From contig DAHWAT010000001.1 in NCBI GenBank assembly GCA_027327085.1, forward strand, positions 3,867 to 67,866: 64,000 nucleotides of DNA, given 5' to 3'. Origin of the DNA: Candidatus Saccharimonadota bacterium (lineage in GTDB: Bacteria; Patescibacteriota; Saccharimonadia; Saccharimonadales; UBA4665). Made by a program: the position numbers and the translations under genes. Shown piece by piece: positions 19,068 to 27,406 of this stretch (the first letter of the stretch is position 1; each line of letters opens with the position of its first letter). The notes beneath the pieces were generated by a model that did no database searches, was not told where the DNA came from, and worked only from the letters and a program-made list of their open reading frames with translations.

Positions 19068-19144
19068 GGGCCAGTAGCTCAGCTGGTTAGAGCACCTGCC
19101 TCTTAAGCAGGGTGTCGAGGGTTCAAGTCCCTCCTGGCCCTCCA
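19068..19144 (+). tRNA. tRNA-Lys(CTT)
   Basis: Cloverleaf; CCTGC-CT-CTT-AA-GCAGG; CCA. Confidence 0.97.
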
Positions 19145-19188
19145 ATAAATATATTGACTAACTTAGTCCGTTTTGCTATTATTAACTT

Positions 19189-19425
19189 ATGTCAGATGTA
19201 ATAAACGTTCACGACCTCAAGACAAATTATTCTAAGTATCTAGACAAGGTTGCTAGTGGCCAGGAAATACTACTTGGCAAACACGGCAAGATTGTTGCTA
19301 AGATTGTTCCCTTGGCTCAAGCTCAACAACCACGAGTACCTGGTGCTCTTAAGGGTAAAATTTGGGCAAGTGATGACTTCGACGCTCCAATGATTGGTCT
19401 CTGGGATACAGTAAAGGCCAAGTAG
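19189..19425 (+). CDS. Phd/YefM family antitoxin (VapB partner)
   Basis: NVHDLKTNYSKYLDKV..G.EI...HGK.VAKIVP; PGALKGKIW..DDFDAP. Confidence 0.9.
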   Translation: MSDVINVHDLKTNYSKYLDKVASGQEILLGKHGKIVAKIVPLAQAQQPRVPGALKGKIWASDDFDAPMIGLWDTVKAK

Positions 19426-19426
19426 A

Positions 19427-19825
19427 GTGGTTATTCTTTTAGATACCAACGCTTTTATATGGTGGGTGTCTGATGATAAACGTTTAGGCACAAGAGCACG
19501 AGGAGTTATAGCAAACCCTTCAAATAAAGTCTATGTATCAAATCTAAGCATATTTGAATGTAGCATTAAGGTTAGGCTGGGTAAATTAGAAATAGAGTTT
19601 AGTGATGTTGATAAAGAAATTTCTGAAGGCAGGCTTTTAGAGCTAAGATACGACACGTTGGCTGCAAGACAATTTGTGAAGCAGAAAAATATGCCTCAAG
19701 CAGATCCATTCGACTTTGCTATTACTGCTCTGGCGATTTCTAGGCACATGACACTCATAACAAGCGATGGCAATATCCTTAACTCAGGATTAGATGGGCT
19801 TAATATCATAGATGCACAAACTTGA
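19427..19825 (+). CDS. VapC PIN-domain toxin
   Basis: LLDTNAFIWW, S.FE, DPFD, LITSD. Confidence 0.9.
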   Translation: MVILLDTNAFIWWVSDDKRLGTRARGVIANPSNKVYVSNLSIFECSIKVRLGKLEIEFSDVDKEISEGRLLELRYDTLAARQFVKQKNMPQADPFDFAITALAISRHMTLITSDGNILNSGLDGLNIIDAQT

Positions 19826-19843
19826 TCCGAAGTTCTTTATTTC

Positions 19844-19873
19844 AGTTGCGATAGCGTGCACGGTGGCCCTCCA
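19844..19873 (+). repeat. att-like repeat R1 (ends in tRNA-Lys 3' decamer)
   Basis: AGTTGCGATAGCGTGCACGGTGGCCCTCCA. Confidence 0.9.
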
Positions 19874-19928
19874 TAACGCTTATGTTTAAACTCTGTTTCA
19901 AGGAGTTTTTTATTGTTAAGATGTACTT

Positions 19929-20459
19929 ATGAAAACAGTCTTTCTTGACCGAGATGGCACACTAATAGTTGACCCCGCTGATGAGCGTGTAGATAGTATT
20001 GAAAAAATAGAATTATTCCCGGATAGCATAGAAGCACTTAGATATTTAGCTGACAATGACTTTAACGTAGTTATTATCACTAACCAAGCAGGTATTGCCG
20101 AAGGACGAATTAGCGAAGAAGACTTTTGGAAAATACACTCTGTAGTATTAGATAAATTCTCAGAAAGTGGAATTCATATACTTAAAACGTATATGAATAA
20201 TGAAGCGCCTGGAGCAATAAGTGATTTGCGTAAACCCGCACCGGGTATGTTATTACAAGCTGCTAAAGATTTTAATTTAAACCTATCTGAAATATATATG
20301 GTTGGCGATAGTCAATCTGACATACTAGCAGGGATAAATGCGGGTTGTAAGGGCAGTATTTTAGTTAAGACAGCTCCAAATCACGACGTTATCTCGCCGG
20401 ACGCAATATACACAGCTCGTGATTTATTAGAAGCTGTTGTGTTTGTTGTTGAAAACTGA
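19929..20459 (+). CDS. HAD-IIIA hydrolase (GmhB/HisB-like)
   Basis: FLDRDGT, ITNQAG, RKP.PGM, MVGD..SD. Confidence 0.9.
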   Translation: MKTVFLDRDGTLIVDPADERVDSIEKIELFPDSIEALRYLADNDFNVVIITNQAGIAEGRISEEDFWKIHSVVLDKFSESGIHILKTYMNNEAPGAISDLRKPAPGMLLQAAKDFNLNLSEIYMVGDSQSDILAGINAGCKGSILVKTAPNHDVISPDAIYTARDLLEAVVFVVEN

Positions 20460-20464
20460 ATTGT

Positions 20465-20494
20465 AGTTGCGATAGCATCTACGATGGCCCTCCA
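20465..20494 (+). repeat. att-like repeat R2
   Basis: AGTTGCGATAGCATCTACGATGGCCCTCCA, 26/30 identical to R1. Confidence 0.9.
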
Positions 20495-20510
20495 AGTATA
20501 AGCAATATAA

Positions 20511-20533
20511 AAAACTTCTTCGGGAGTTTTTTT
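20511..20533 (+). terminator. Terminator-like hairpin after R2 (similar one after R1 at ~19888-19912)
   Basis: AAAACTTC-TTCG-GGAGTTTTTTT. Confidence 0.6.
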
Positions 20534-20545
20534 AGATTTAGCCAG

Positions 20546-20582
20546 TTGACACGATATACTACAGGTAATATACTCTGTAGTA
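20546..20582 (+). promoter_or_regulatory. Sigma70 promoter with overlapping operator dyad
   Basis: TTGACA-N17-TATACT; TACTACAG...CTGTAGTA inverted repeat around -10. Confidence 0.7.
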
Positions 20583-20851
20583 TGAATACAGTCATAAGCG
20601 TAAGAATCGATAAAGACGTAAAAGCTTCTGCTCAGGAAGTGGCCAATAGCGCCGGGCTCACTCTGAGCACACTAGTTAACGCTTACCTGCGGCAAGTATC
20701 AGCCACTCGTCGTATTGAGCTGTATGCTCCTGAACAAATGACTCCTAAGTTAGAGAAACTCATAGAAGAGGTTGAAGCTGAGCTTAAGGGGGGTAAAGCA
20801 AGCAAAGAGTTTGATAGTGTCGAAGAGTTTCTCGCTGACCTTAAAAAATAG
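20582..20851 (+). CDS. RelB/DinJ family antitoxin
   Basis: ISVRIDKDVK..A..V....GLTLS..VN.YL; FDSVEEFLADL; ATG 7 nt after -10. Confidence 0.88.
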   Translation: MNTVISVRIDKDVKASAQEVANSAGLTLSTLVNAYLRQVSATRRIELYAPEQMTPKLEKLIEEVEAELKGGKASKEFDSVEEFLADLKK

Positions 20852-20855
20852 AGCT

Positions 20856-21116
20856 ATGACTATTCGCTATTTGCCCAAGTTCAAAAAGCAGTATAAAAAA
20901 CTACCTCATAAACTACAGCTGCAATTTGATGAGCGAGTACGATTATTTGCTTTAGATCCCACACTACCAATGCTTAAGGTTCATCCGCTTAAAGGCAAAT
21001 ATAAAGGTTATTGGAGCATGAGTGTAAGTGGGGATATTCGGGCACTATATATAATGGATGGGGATACGATAGTTATTTTTGCACTTATAGGTTCGCATAG
21101 CCAATTGTACGGTTGA
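20856..21116 (+). CDS. YafQ/RelE family mRNA interferase toxin
   Basis: F.KQYKKL, HPLKG.YKG.WS..V.GD.R, IGSHSQLY. Confidence 0.9.
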   Translation: MTIRYLPKFKKQYKKLPHKLQLQFDERVRLFALDPTLPMLKVHPLKGKYKGYWSMSVSGDIRALYIMDGDTIVIFALIGSHSQLYG

Positions 21117-21126
21117 GCTTAATCAA

Positions 21127-21165
21127 AGTTATGATAGCTAGAAATCACTACGATAGAACCGTCCA
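21127..21165 (+). repeat. Degenerate att-like repeat R3
   Basis: AGTTATGATAGC...CTACGAT...TCCA, starting ~10 nt after toxin stop. Confidence 0.65.
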
Positions 21166-21302
21166 ATAATGTCACGCCTCTTTAATATTTCATCCAACAT
21201 GGGCATTGTCATTAGGCCTATGCAGTCTCCTAACTACTGCACGCCCTGTTTTCCTACTTATAACTCCCCTGTTATGGAGAGTTTGTTTGATATACTGTTG
21301 CT

Positions 21303-21644
21303 ATGAAAGTTGTCAAAAGTATAAGTGTGTCCGAGTTGTCTGAAATGGCCGAGCAAATGTATGGCAGCTTGGTGAAAGCTGATATCGATATCGTCAAAAA
21401 TATTTTTATCATTGATATGGGCATGCATGCAGATGGTGAGGCATACCTTCTTGAAAACGGTTCCGATCAAAAAGATATTTGGGGTATAAACTTGCATCCT
21501 TCTGAGTACGGAACTGACGATTTCATAGAGTTTGAGTCTATGATTAATATACGGCCCAGGCAAGGCAATACTTCGACAAATATCCTAGACCCGAAGGTTA
21601 GGCAACAAGTTATTGCAATCGTGGAAGAGGTTGTCCATGATTGA
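21303..21644 (+). CDS. DUF5674-like protein
   Basis: LVKA.ID, MHADGE..LLE.GS.Q.DIWG.N, IEFESMINIRP.QGN (family recalled, not searched). Confidence 0.7.
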   Translation: MKVVKSISVSELSEMAEQMYGSLVKADIDIVKNIFIIDMGMHADGEAYLLENGSDQKDIWGINLHPSEYGTDDFIEFESMINIRPRQGNTSTNILDPKVRQQVIAIVEEVVHD

Positions 21645-21957
21645 GCATAGATTTGACGCTAAGAAATGGGCTGAGATGAGTCTGTTCGATCAGATGGGTA
21701 ATATTGGTTTAGAGGTCAAACGTGCCCTAAACGCCAAACGTCAAGGCAAGACTAAACAATCTCAAGCTGCCTTTTATCGCGGGCTAGACTTAATCGACGA
21801 AACTGCACGACTTTGGGCAATTAAACAACAAGCTGGCTTAAAGGAACTCTTGTACGCACGAGAGCTATTTGCAGAGTCAATAACAACCAGCAAAATTGAT
21901 CCAACTTTAGAAACCTATTTTATGCAGTACGCTATTGCCGCTAGGCTTAAGCGATAA
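21637..21957 (+). CDS. Helical hypothetical protein coupled to DUF5674-like gene
   Basis: 8-nt overlap with upstream gene; W..MSL.DQMGNIG.EV.RA. Confidence 0.7.
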   Translation: MIEHRFDAKKWAEMSLFDQMGNIGLEVKRALNAKRQGKTKQSQAAFYRGLDLIDETARLWAIKQQAGLKELLYARELFAESITTSKIDPTLETYFMQYAIAARLKR

Positions 21958-21966
21958 CTTCACTAT

Positions 21967-21993
21967 AGGTAGTAACGTCTATGTTGATCTTCA
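21967..21993 (+). repeat. Highly degenerate att-like repeat R4
   Basis: TAACGTCTATGTTGATC-TTCA vs R2 TAGCATCTACGATGGCCCTCCA, mostly transitions; ~10 nt after stop. Confidence 0.45.
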
Positions 21994-22280
21994 TTGGTTG
22001 CAGGATAAGAATTAGCCTTTAAGTTAGTGGTTGAGGTAAAGGTAGCGGCTGCAATTTACATATTGTTTGCGTTTATTGGCACGGCTTTTGCCGGATTGCT
22101 TAATATGCCTCTATCTTTTATTTATCAGTCTAAACAAATAGCTTTTTAGCTATATAGGAACATCAGAAGAAGGTTTTTGTTTTCAGTACGTAAAAGCCTG
22201 CTCTTAAGTTAAACTAGCACCATACTAGGCATAATTAAGGCATATAAATAGGGGGCTATGTAGCTCTAATTTAGACTCGC

Positions 22281-22556
22281 CTATTTCGTATTGCGTAAAG
22301 CTTTAGCTTGCTGAGATTGCTTGATTTGCCTATATTTTTGAATAGCTAAAATTGACCAAAATACAAAATTTAAAAAGGCCGATATAGCCGCTATCGGTAG
22401 GCTCATAGTCGTATATGTAACCGCGATACTGAGCGCAACAAGACCGGTAATAATCGATGTCCAGATCTCTGGTTTATCGCTGCTAAATACTGATGGCAAA
22501 AGTGCCACAATAAACACCACCTGGCCCAGTGCAAGTACGGTTTGTTGCCAATGCAT
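22281..22556 (-). CDS. Small three-TM membrane protein
   Basis: Three hydrophobic segments; TATACT 7 nt before ATG. Confidence 0.65.
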   Translation of the reverse strand: MHWQQTVLALGQVVFIVALLPSVFSSDKPEIWTSIITGLVALSIAVTYTTMSLPIAAISAFLNFVFWSILAIQKYRQIKQSQQAKALRNTK

Positions 22557-22630
22557 GTTAATAAGTATAGCCTATGCCGTTTGTGTTATGCCAACCTGGC
22601 TGTTATCATACTGTCGGATAAGCAGCAATC

Positions 22631-23413
22631 ATGGAGATAACATTAACCGGTAAACGAGCGCTAGTGACTGGAGGCAATTCAGGCATCGGTGCAGCCATTG
22701 CCCTGGAGCTAGCCAAGGCAGGCGCTAAAGTAGCAATTAACTACGTTAGTCACCCTGAAATTGCCGAACAAATAGTGCATGATATACAAAATAGTGGTGG
22801 CGAAGCAATCAGCATTGAAGCCGATGTATCAAGTTACGATTTAGTTGCTAAGATGTTCACAACGCTTGATGAAGCCTGGGGAGGTATCGACATTCTTATC
22901 AACAATGCCGGAATAGACGGAGTAAAAGCCGATAGCTGGGATGTAGAGATTAAGGATTGGGAAACAGTAATGAACATTAACTTGATGGGCAACTTTTACT
23001 GCGCCCGTCAGGCGTTAAAGCGAATGGTCCCCCAAAAGAGCGGGGTTATCCTAAGCACTTCTTCGGTCCATGAACTGATTGCCTGGACTGGCCACAGCGC
23101 TTATACCACCAGCAAGGCCGGCATAAGTATGTTGACTAAAACGCTGGCTCAGGAAGCCGCACCATACAATGTTCGAGTTCTGGCTTTAGCACCAGGCGCT
23201 ATCAAGACAACCATTAACCAGAATGTCTGGAATAACCAGGCAGGCTTGGATGACTTGCTAGAAAAAATTCCACTGCATCGTATTGGTGAGCCAGAAGAAG
23301 TCGCACGTATGGCGGTAGTATTAGTAAGTGATGTAGCATCTTATGTAACTGGGCGCACAATATTCGTTGATGGCGGCATGACTGATTACCCGGATTTTGC
23401 ACACGGCGGTTAA
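22631..23413 (+). CDS. SDR oxidoreductase (glucose 1-dehydrogenase-like)
   Basis: TGGNSGIG, NNAG, SSVHE, YTTSK, PGAIKT.IN. Confidence 0.9.
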   Translation: MEITLTGKRALVTGGNSGIGAAIALELAKAGAKVAINYVSHPEIAEQIVHDIQNSGGEAISIEADVSSYDLVAKMFTTLDEAWGGIDILINNAGIDGVKADSWDVEIKDWETVMNINLMGNFYCARQALKRMVPQKSGVILSTSSVHELIAWTGHSAYTTSKAGISMLTKTLAQEAAPYNVRVLALAPGAIKTTINQNVWNNQAGLDDLLEKIPLHRIGEPEEVARMAVVLVSDVASYVTGRTIFVDGGMTDYPDFAHGG

Positions 23414-23500
23414 GCTATCAGTTACTTGGGTTAAATACTAGACAGTCTAATTTCTCTGAAGTAATATATTTATGTTGATTAATATACAAAGGAATAAATC

Positions 23501-24052
23501 ATGGCAAAAACAGACAGAAAAATAATAGATAAAGTATTTGTACTGCTTGGCGTAGTAATGGCAGTGGTGCTGGTCATAATTGGCGGATTAGCTTGGAAAG
23601 CTAGTTCCTTTGCCAAGTCCAGTGTTGAGACGCAATTGAAATCTCAGCAAATATTCTTCCCTCCAAAGGGTAGCGCTGCCATCGCTGAACTACCTGCCAA
23701 CGACCAAAAACAGATGAATAAGTATGCTGGCCAGCAGCTTGTTAACGGCACTCAGGCAAAAGTTTATGCAGATAATTTTATTGCTTATCACTTAACTAAA
23801 GTTGCGGATGGACAGACCTATGCTCAAGTCAGTAACGAAGCTTTAGCTAACCCAACCAACAGCCAATTAAAGGCTGAAGAGCAAACTTTGTTCCAGGGAG
23901 AGACTTTACGTGGGTTGCTTCTTGGTGATGGATATTCATACTGGACCTTTGGCCAGATAGCTGAATGGGTATCGATTACAGCTTTTGTAGGTGCAGTTGT
24001 TATGGCTATACTGGTTTTAATCGGGGTTGGACGTCTTTCAAAAGCAAAATAG
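23501..24052 (+). CDS. Two-TM membrane protein with extracytoplasmic domain
   Basis: YADNFIAYHL...GQTYAQ...TLFQGETLRGLLL. Confidence 0.7.
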   Translation: MAKTDRKIIDKVFVLLGVVMAVVLVIIGGLAWKASSFAKSSVETQLKSQQIFFPPKGSAAIAELPANDQKQMNKYAGQQLVNGTQAKVYADNFIAYHLTKVADGQTYAQVSNEALANPTNSQLKAEEQTLFQGETLRGLLLGDGYSYWTFGQIAEWVSITAFVGAVVMAILVLIGVGRLSKAK

Positions 24053-24181
24053 TTTTTGGTGTCTTGTTAATCAAGCTATCAACAGATAACCTAAAATCAG
24101 TTTAAATTTTTGCTACACTTTAATTTTAGTGTGCCTAAATTAAAAATGTGTTTGTCAAAAAAAGTATGCTTAAATAATACT

Positions 24182-24664
24182 ATGAGCGTCTTAAAACCAA
24201 ACGATAATGTCATACACCCCAATAAACTACTCCAAAGAGACTTAAACGGCCTTAATAAAATTAATAGCGAGGTAGCCGTTAAGATTACTAAGGGAATAGG
24301 TTCAATGTGGACAGCTTACATATTCGTTTTACTAACGTTTGTTTCCCTACCCGCAGTCTTATCGGGTGTCTTTCCAGCGCTTCAACACACCTTCCCCACT
24401 TGGCTTATTTCAGCCAGTTTAATTGCTTTAATCTCTTGGATAGCCCAAACCTTTTTCCAGCTAGTTTTATTACCAGTAATTATGGTAGGTCAAAACGTGA
24501 TTCAGCAACAGCAAGACGCTAAAGCTGAAACCGACCATAAGACTCTTACCTACCTGGCTAACTTACAGGAAAAACAGATGGAAGAACTGCAAAGCCAAGC
24601 TTTAGAGCTAAAGAATCAGACCAAAATACTAGAACTGCTTAAGCAAAAGATTAAGGCCGACTAG
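24182..24664 (+). CDS. DUF1003-like membrane protein
   Basis: A..IT...GSMW; QLVLLPVIMVGQN; coiled-coil tail. Confidence 0.7.
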   Translation: MSVLKPNDNVIHPNKLLQRDLNGLNKINSEVAVKITKGIGSMWTAYIFVLLTFVSLPAVLSGVFPALQHTFPTWLISASLIALISWIAQTFFQLVLLPVIMVGQNVIQQQQDAKAETDHKTLTYLANLQEKQMEELQSQALELKNQTKILELLKQKIKAD

Positions 24665-24863
24665 CTGTCTCGTCTAAAATTAGTCAAGCTATTTTTTAAC
24701 GGTTTTAAAGCTCTGGTTTATTGAGAACTAAGCCGATTGGTTTATGGATGTAAAAGCAAACTATAATTATGTGTTTGTTATTGTCAGTTATATTTATACT
24801 TGACAGAATATATGCTTAAGCTTAAAGTTTGAAATATAATAATTTAAAAGGATATTAAAGGTC

Positions 24864-25538
24864 ATGAAAAGATATTCTCGCAAAATTGGTATTTTAGGAA
24901 CTATTTTAGGCCTAGTACTAATTGGCACAGCCTCAGCAATGGCTTTGCCGCCTCAGGCTAGCGCCAAAGCTCAGGCTGGCACTAGCGTATCTGCCCACAC
25001 TAGCGCTGCCTCTACGTCTGGCAGCCTATCGGCTAATGTAAGCGCAAATAGTAATAGTCACGCTTCTAATAATGCTGCTCAAGCTAGTAGTAATGGTCAA
25101 ACGCACTTAGCGGCAGCTCAGCTTAGAGCCTGTCAAAACCGTCAAAACGCGGTTACTAACATCATTAACCGAATTAACACTCGCACCCAGAATCAACTCA
25201 CGCTGTTTAGTACCATTGCGGTGAGGGTCGAAACTTTTTACACCACCAAGAGCAAAACTGTTAGCAACTACAATCAGTTAGTTGCTAATATAGCCAGTGC
25301 TAAGACTCAAGCAAATAGCGACCTTGCGATCATGAAGAATAATAGTAGCTTTAACTGCTCATCGGTTAATCCTAAGGGTATGGTTGAAGCATTTCAGGGT
25401 TATTTGAAAGCTTCGATCGCCGACCTTCAGAACTTTAGGACTGCGGTTAAGAACCTTATAGTAGCTGTTGCTACGGCTAATGGCGTATCCGTATCTGGAT
25501 CAACTCAAACCAGTAACACACAAGGGGGTACTAACTAA
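24864..25538 (+). CDS. Secreted helical hypothetical protein
   Basis: Signal peptide, S/A/N linker, helical domain with two Cys. Confidence 0.7.
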   Translation: MKRYSRKIGILGTILGLVLIGTASAMALPPQASAKAQAGTSVSAHTSAASTSGSLSANVSANSNSHASNNAAQASSNGQTHLAAAQLRACQNRQNAVTNIINRINTRTQNQLTLFSTIAVRVETFYTTKSKTVSNYNQLVANIASAKTQANSDLAIMKNNSSFNCSSVNPKGMVEAFQGYLKASIADLQNFRTAVKNLIVAVATANGVSVSGSTQTSNTQGGTN

Positions 25539-25834
25539 TGAAAAAGTTAAATAAATCCGGTTTTGCTCTTTTTGAGGCAATCATAATCGTGGTAATTATA
25601 GTAGCGATAGTAGCAGTTGGTTACTTAGTGATTAAGGGTCATAAAAGTAGTGGCTCAAATACTGCCCTCAATAATGGATCGACTTATCAGTCTCCTACAA
25701 CCTCAACTCCGGCAGCACCCCAGATTAATAGTGCCTCTGACTTAAATAGTGCTATGTCAGCACTCAACCAAGCGGGTATTAGCTCCAACACTACCGATAG
25801 CAATCAGCTTAGTAGCCAAACTAGCAGCTTCTAA
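25538..25834 (+). CDS. Small type IV pilin-like protein
   Basis: KSG|FALFE + hydrophobic helix (class III signal). Confidence 0.7.
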   Translation: MKKLNKSGFALFEAIIIVVIIVAIVAVGYLVIKGHKSSGSNTALNNGSTYQSPTTSTPAAPQINSASDLNSAMSALNQAGISSNTTDSNQLSSQTSSF

Positions 25835-25842
25835 AAACACTT

Positions 25843-26343
25843 TTAAATAGACTTATTTTGTCGCCTTAAGTGTTTGATTCTGAATGGTACGAATCTAGGC
25901 ACTGTCTTTGAGTAGTGTTTATAGCCTACAAATTTTTCCTGCAAAAAGCTTTCTTCATATTGGGATTTGTAGTAAAACAAGATTAGAAGCATTAAGAACA
26001 GTAGATATTTGTATGCTTCGCCGCTCTGTAAACTTAAGCCTAAACTAAAAGCTAGAACACTGGCATACATTGGGTGCCGCGAGAATCTGTATAGCCCGGT
26101 TGTTACCAAAGTACTGTCTTGTTTTGGGAGAGGCATTACTGTCAGTGAATGCTTTAGGCTGAAAGCTGAGGCTAAAACACCTAAAGCCCCAAGAATTTCT
26201 AGCCCAATGCCAACTGGAGTAAACGAAACTAGACTAAGTTCTATTGGTGAACGACTAAAGATTAACAGTAGAAGAAGTATTGCTTGCCCAAAAACGAATA
26301 GTTTAGCTTTTGTTAATTTTAGTTGAGTGTCAAAGTTATTCAC
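25843..26343 (-). CDS. Isoprenylcysteine carboxyl methyltransferase family protein
   Basis: LVTTGLYRFSRHPMY, EE.FL..KF..Y..Y...VPRF. Confidence 0.85.
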   Translation of the reverse strand: MNNFDTQLKLTKAKLFVFGQAILLLLLIFSRSPIELSLVSFTPVGIGLEILGALGVLASAFSLKHSLTVMPLPKQDSTLVTTGLYRFSRHPMYASVLAFSLGLSLQSGEAYKYLLFLMLLILFYYKSQYEESFLQEKFVGYKHYSKTVPRFVPFRIKHLRRQNKSI

Positions 26344-26361
26344 TGAAGTTATTTTTTGACA

Positions 26362-26607
26362 CTACTTTGTCAAGAGACTTTCAAATCTTTGACGATCAAA
26401 ACCGACAATCTTCTCTAATCGTCCATCGTCATACTCAATCGTACTAAAGGGTACACCTAATTGACCGCTCAAATTTATCATCATTTGAGCAGCAAACGGA
26501 TTTTCGTCAACACTATAGTTTGTAAATTCGATAGATTGTTCTTTTAACCAACTCTTTAACATTTGGCACCACCCGCAAGTTTTAGTACTATATACTGTTA
26601 TTTTCAT
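26362..26607 (-). CDS. Glutaredoxin-like protein
   Basis: YS..TCGWC, SGQ.GVP, VGFD. Confidence 0.9.
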   Translation of the reverse strand: MKITVYSTKTCGWCQMLKSWLKEQSIEFTNYSVDENPFAAQMMINLSGQLGVPFSTIEYDDGRLEKIVGFDRQRFESLLTK

Positions 26608-26623
26608 ATATCCTCCTTATTTT

Positions 26624-27019
26624 TTAGGTTAATTGACAGCTATGACAACGGCCAGCAATAGTTAATCGGCTAGATAAGCTAAAACCTTTTAACGATTGTT
26701 CTAGTAAAGGCTGTAGTTGATCCTTTATATCAATATCTACTAATCTATCGCAGGCTTGACACAAAAAATGATCATGTTGACTAGAGTTAATGTCATAACG
26801 AGTTGAGCCGCGTTTATTAGCTGGGGCAATACCAATTTGATCGCGACTGGCTAATCTGGCAGTAGCTCTGTGAACAGTCGTAGCGCTTAGATTAGGGTAG
26901 AGCTGCCGTAGGTCTTGTAGAAGTTCAAGATTAGTAGCATGTCCCATTTTAGTTAAAGACTCAACCAGAGCCTTACAATATTTGGTTTGACGACTGTTGC
27001 CTATTTTATAATCGACCAT
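26624..27019 (-). CDS. Fur/PerR family regulator
   Basis: HAT, S.TTVHR, HDHFLC..C, G.C..C. Confidence 0.85.
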   Translation of the reverse strand: MVDYKIGNSRQTKYCKALVESLTKMGHATNLELLQDLRQLYPNLSATTVHRATARLASRDQIGIAPANKRGSTRYDINSSQHDHFLCQACDRLVDIDIKDQLQPLLEQSLKGFSLSSRLTIAGRCHSCQLT

Positions 27020-27098
27020 AAAAGCATTATATATATTTTATTTGCTATTGTAAATGATTTACATTAAACTAATTATAAATCATTTAAGAAAGGGTAGT

Positions 27099-27359
27099 AT
27101 GGCAAAATTAATTATCGACGTTAGGGAACCAATCGAATTTAAAATCAGTCATGTTAAAGGAGCTGTTAATCTACCTTTATCAAAGCTTAGTAGGGAGCAT
27201 GATTTGCTTACTCAAACGCCGAAAGATACAGAGATTATTCTATACTGCCATAGCGGTAACCGATCACATCAAGCTATGATGTTCTTTCAAAGTCTAGGCT
27301 TTACTAATTTAAAAAACGGTATCAATAAGCGTCATACCGAAGCAAATCATTTATCCTAA
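27099..27359 (+). CDS. Rhodanese-like protein
   Basis: IIDVREP.EF..SHV.GA.N.PL, YCHSGNRS. Confidence 0.9.
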   Translation: MAKLIIDVREPIEFKISHVKGAVNLPLSKLSREHDLLTQTPKDTEIILYCHSGNRSHQAMMFFQSLGFTNLKNGINKRHTEANHLS

Positions 27360-27406
27360 ATAGATCAATTATCTATAAACTTAACAGGTTAAGGGTGGCT
27401 TAAGTT

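Larger units (their letters stand above)
19145..21993 (+). mobile_element. tRNA-Lys-anchored array of about four integrase-free cassettes
   Basis: att-like repeats ending at 19873, 20494, 21165, ~21993, each just after a cargo stop codon. Confidence 0.7.

Noticed and set aside
19844..21993. CRISPR array
   Set aside because: Spacing is 600-800 bp with whole genes between repeats; no cas genes
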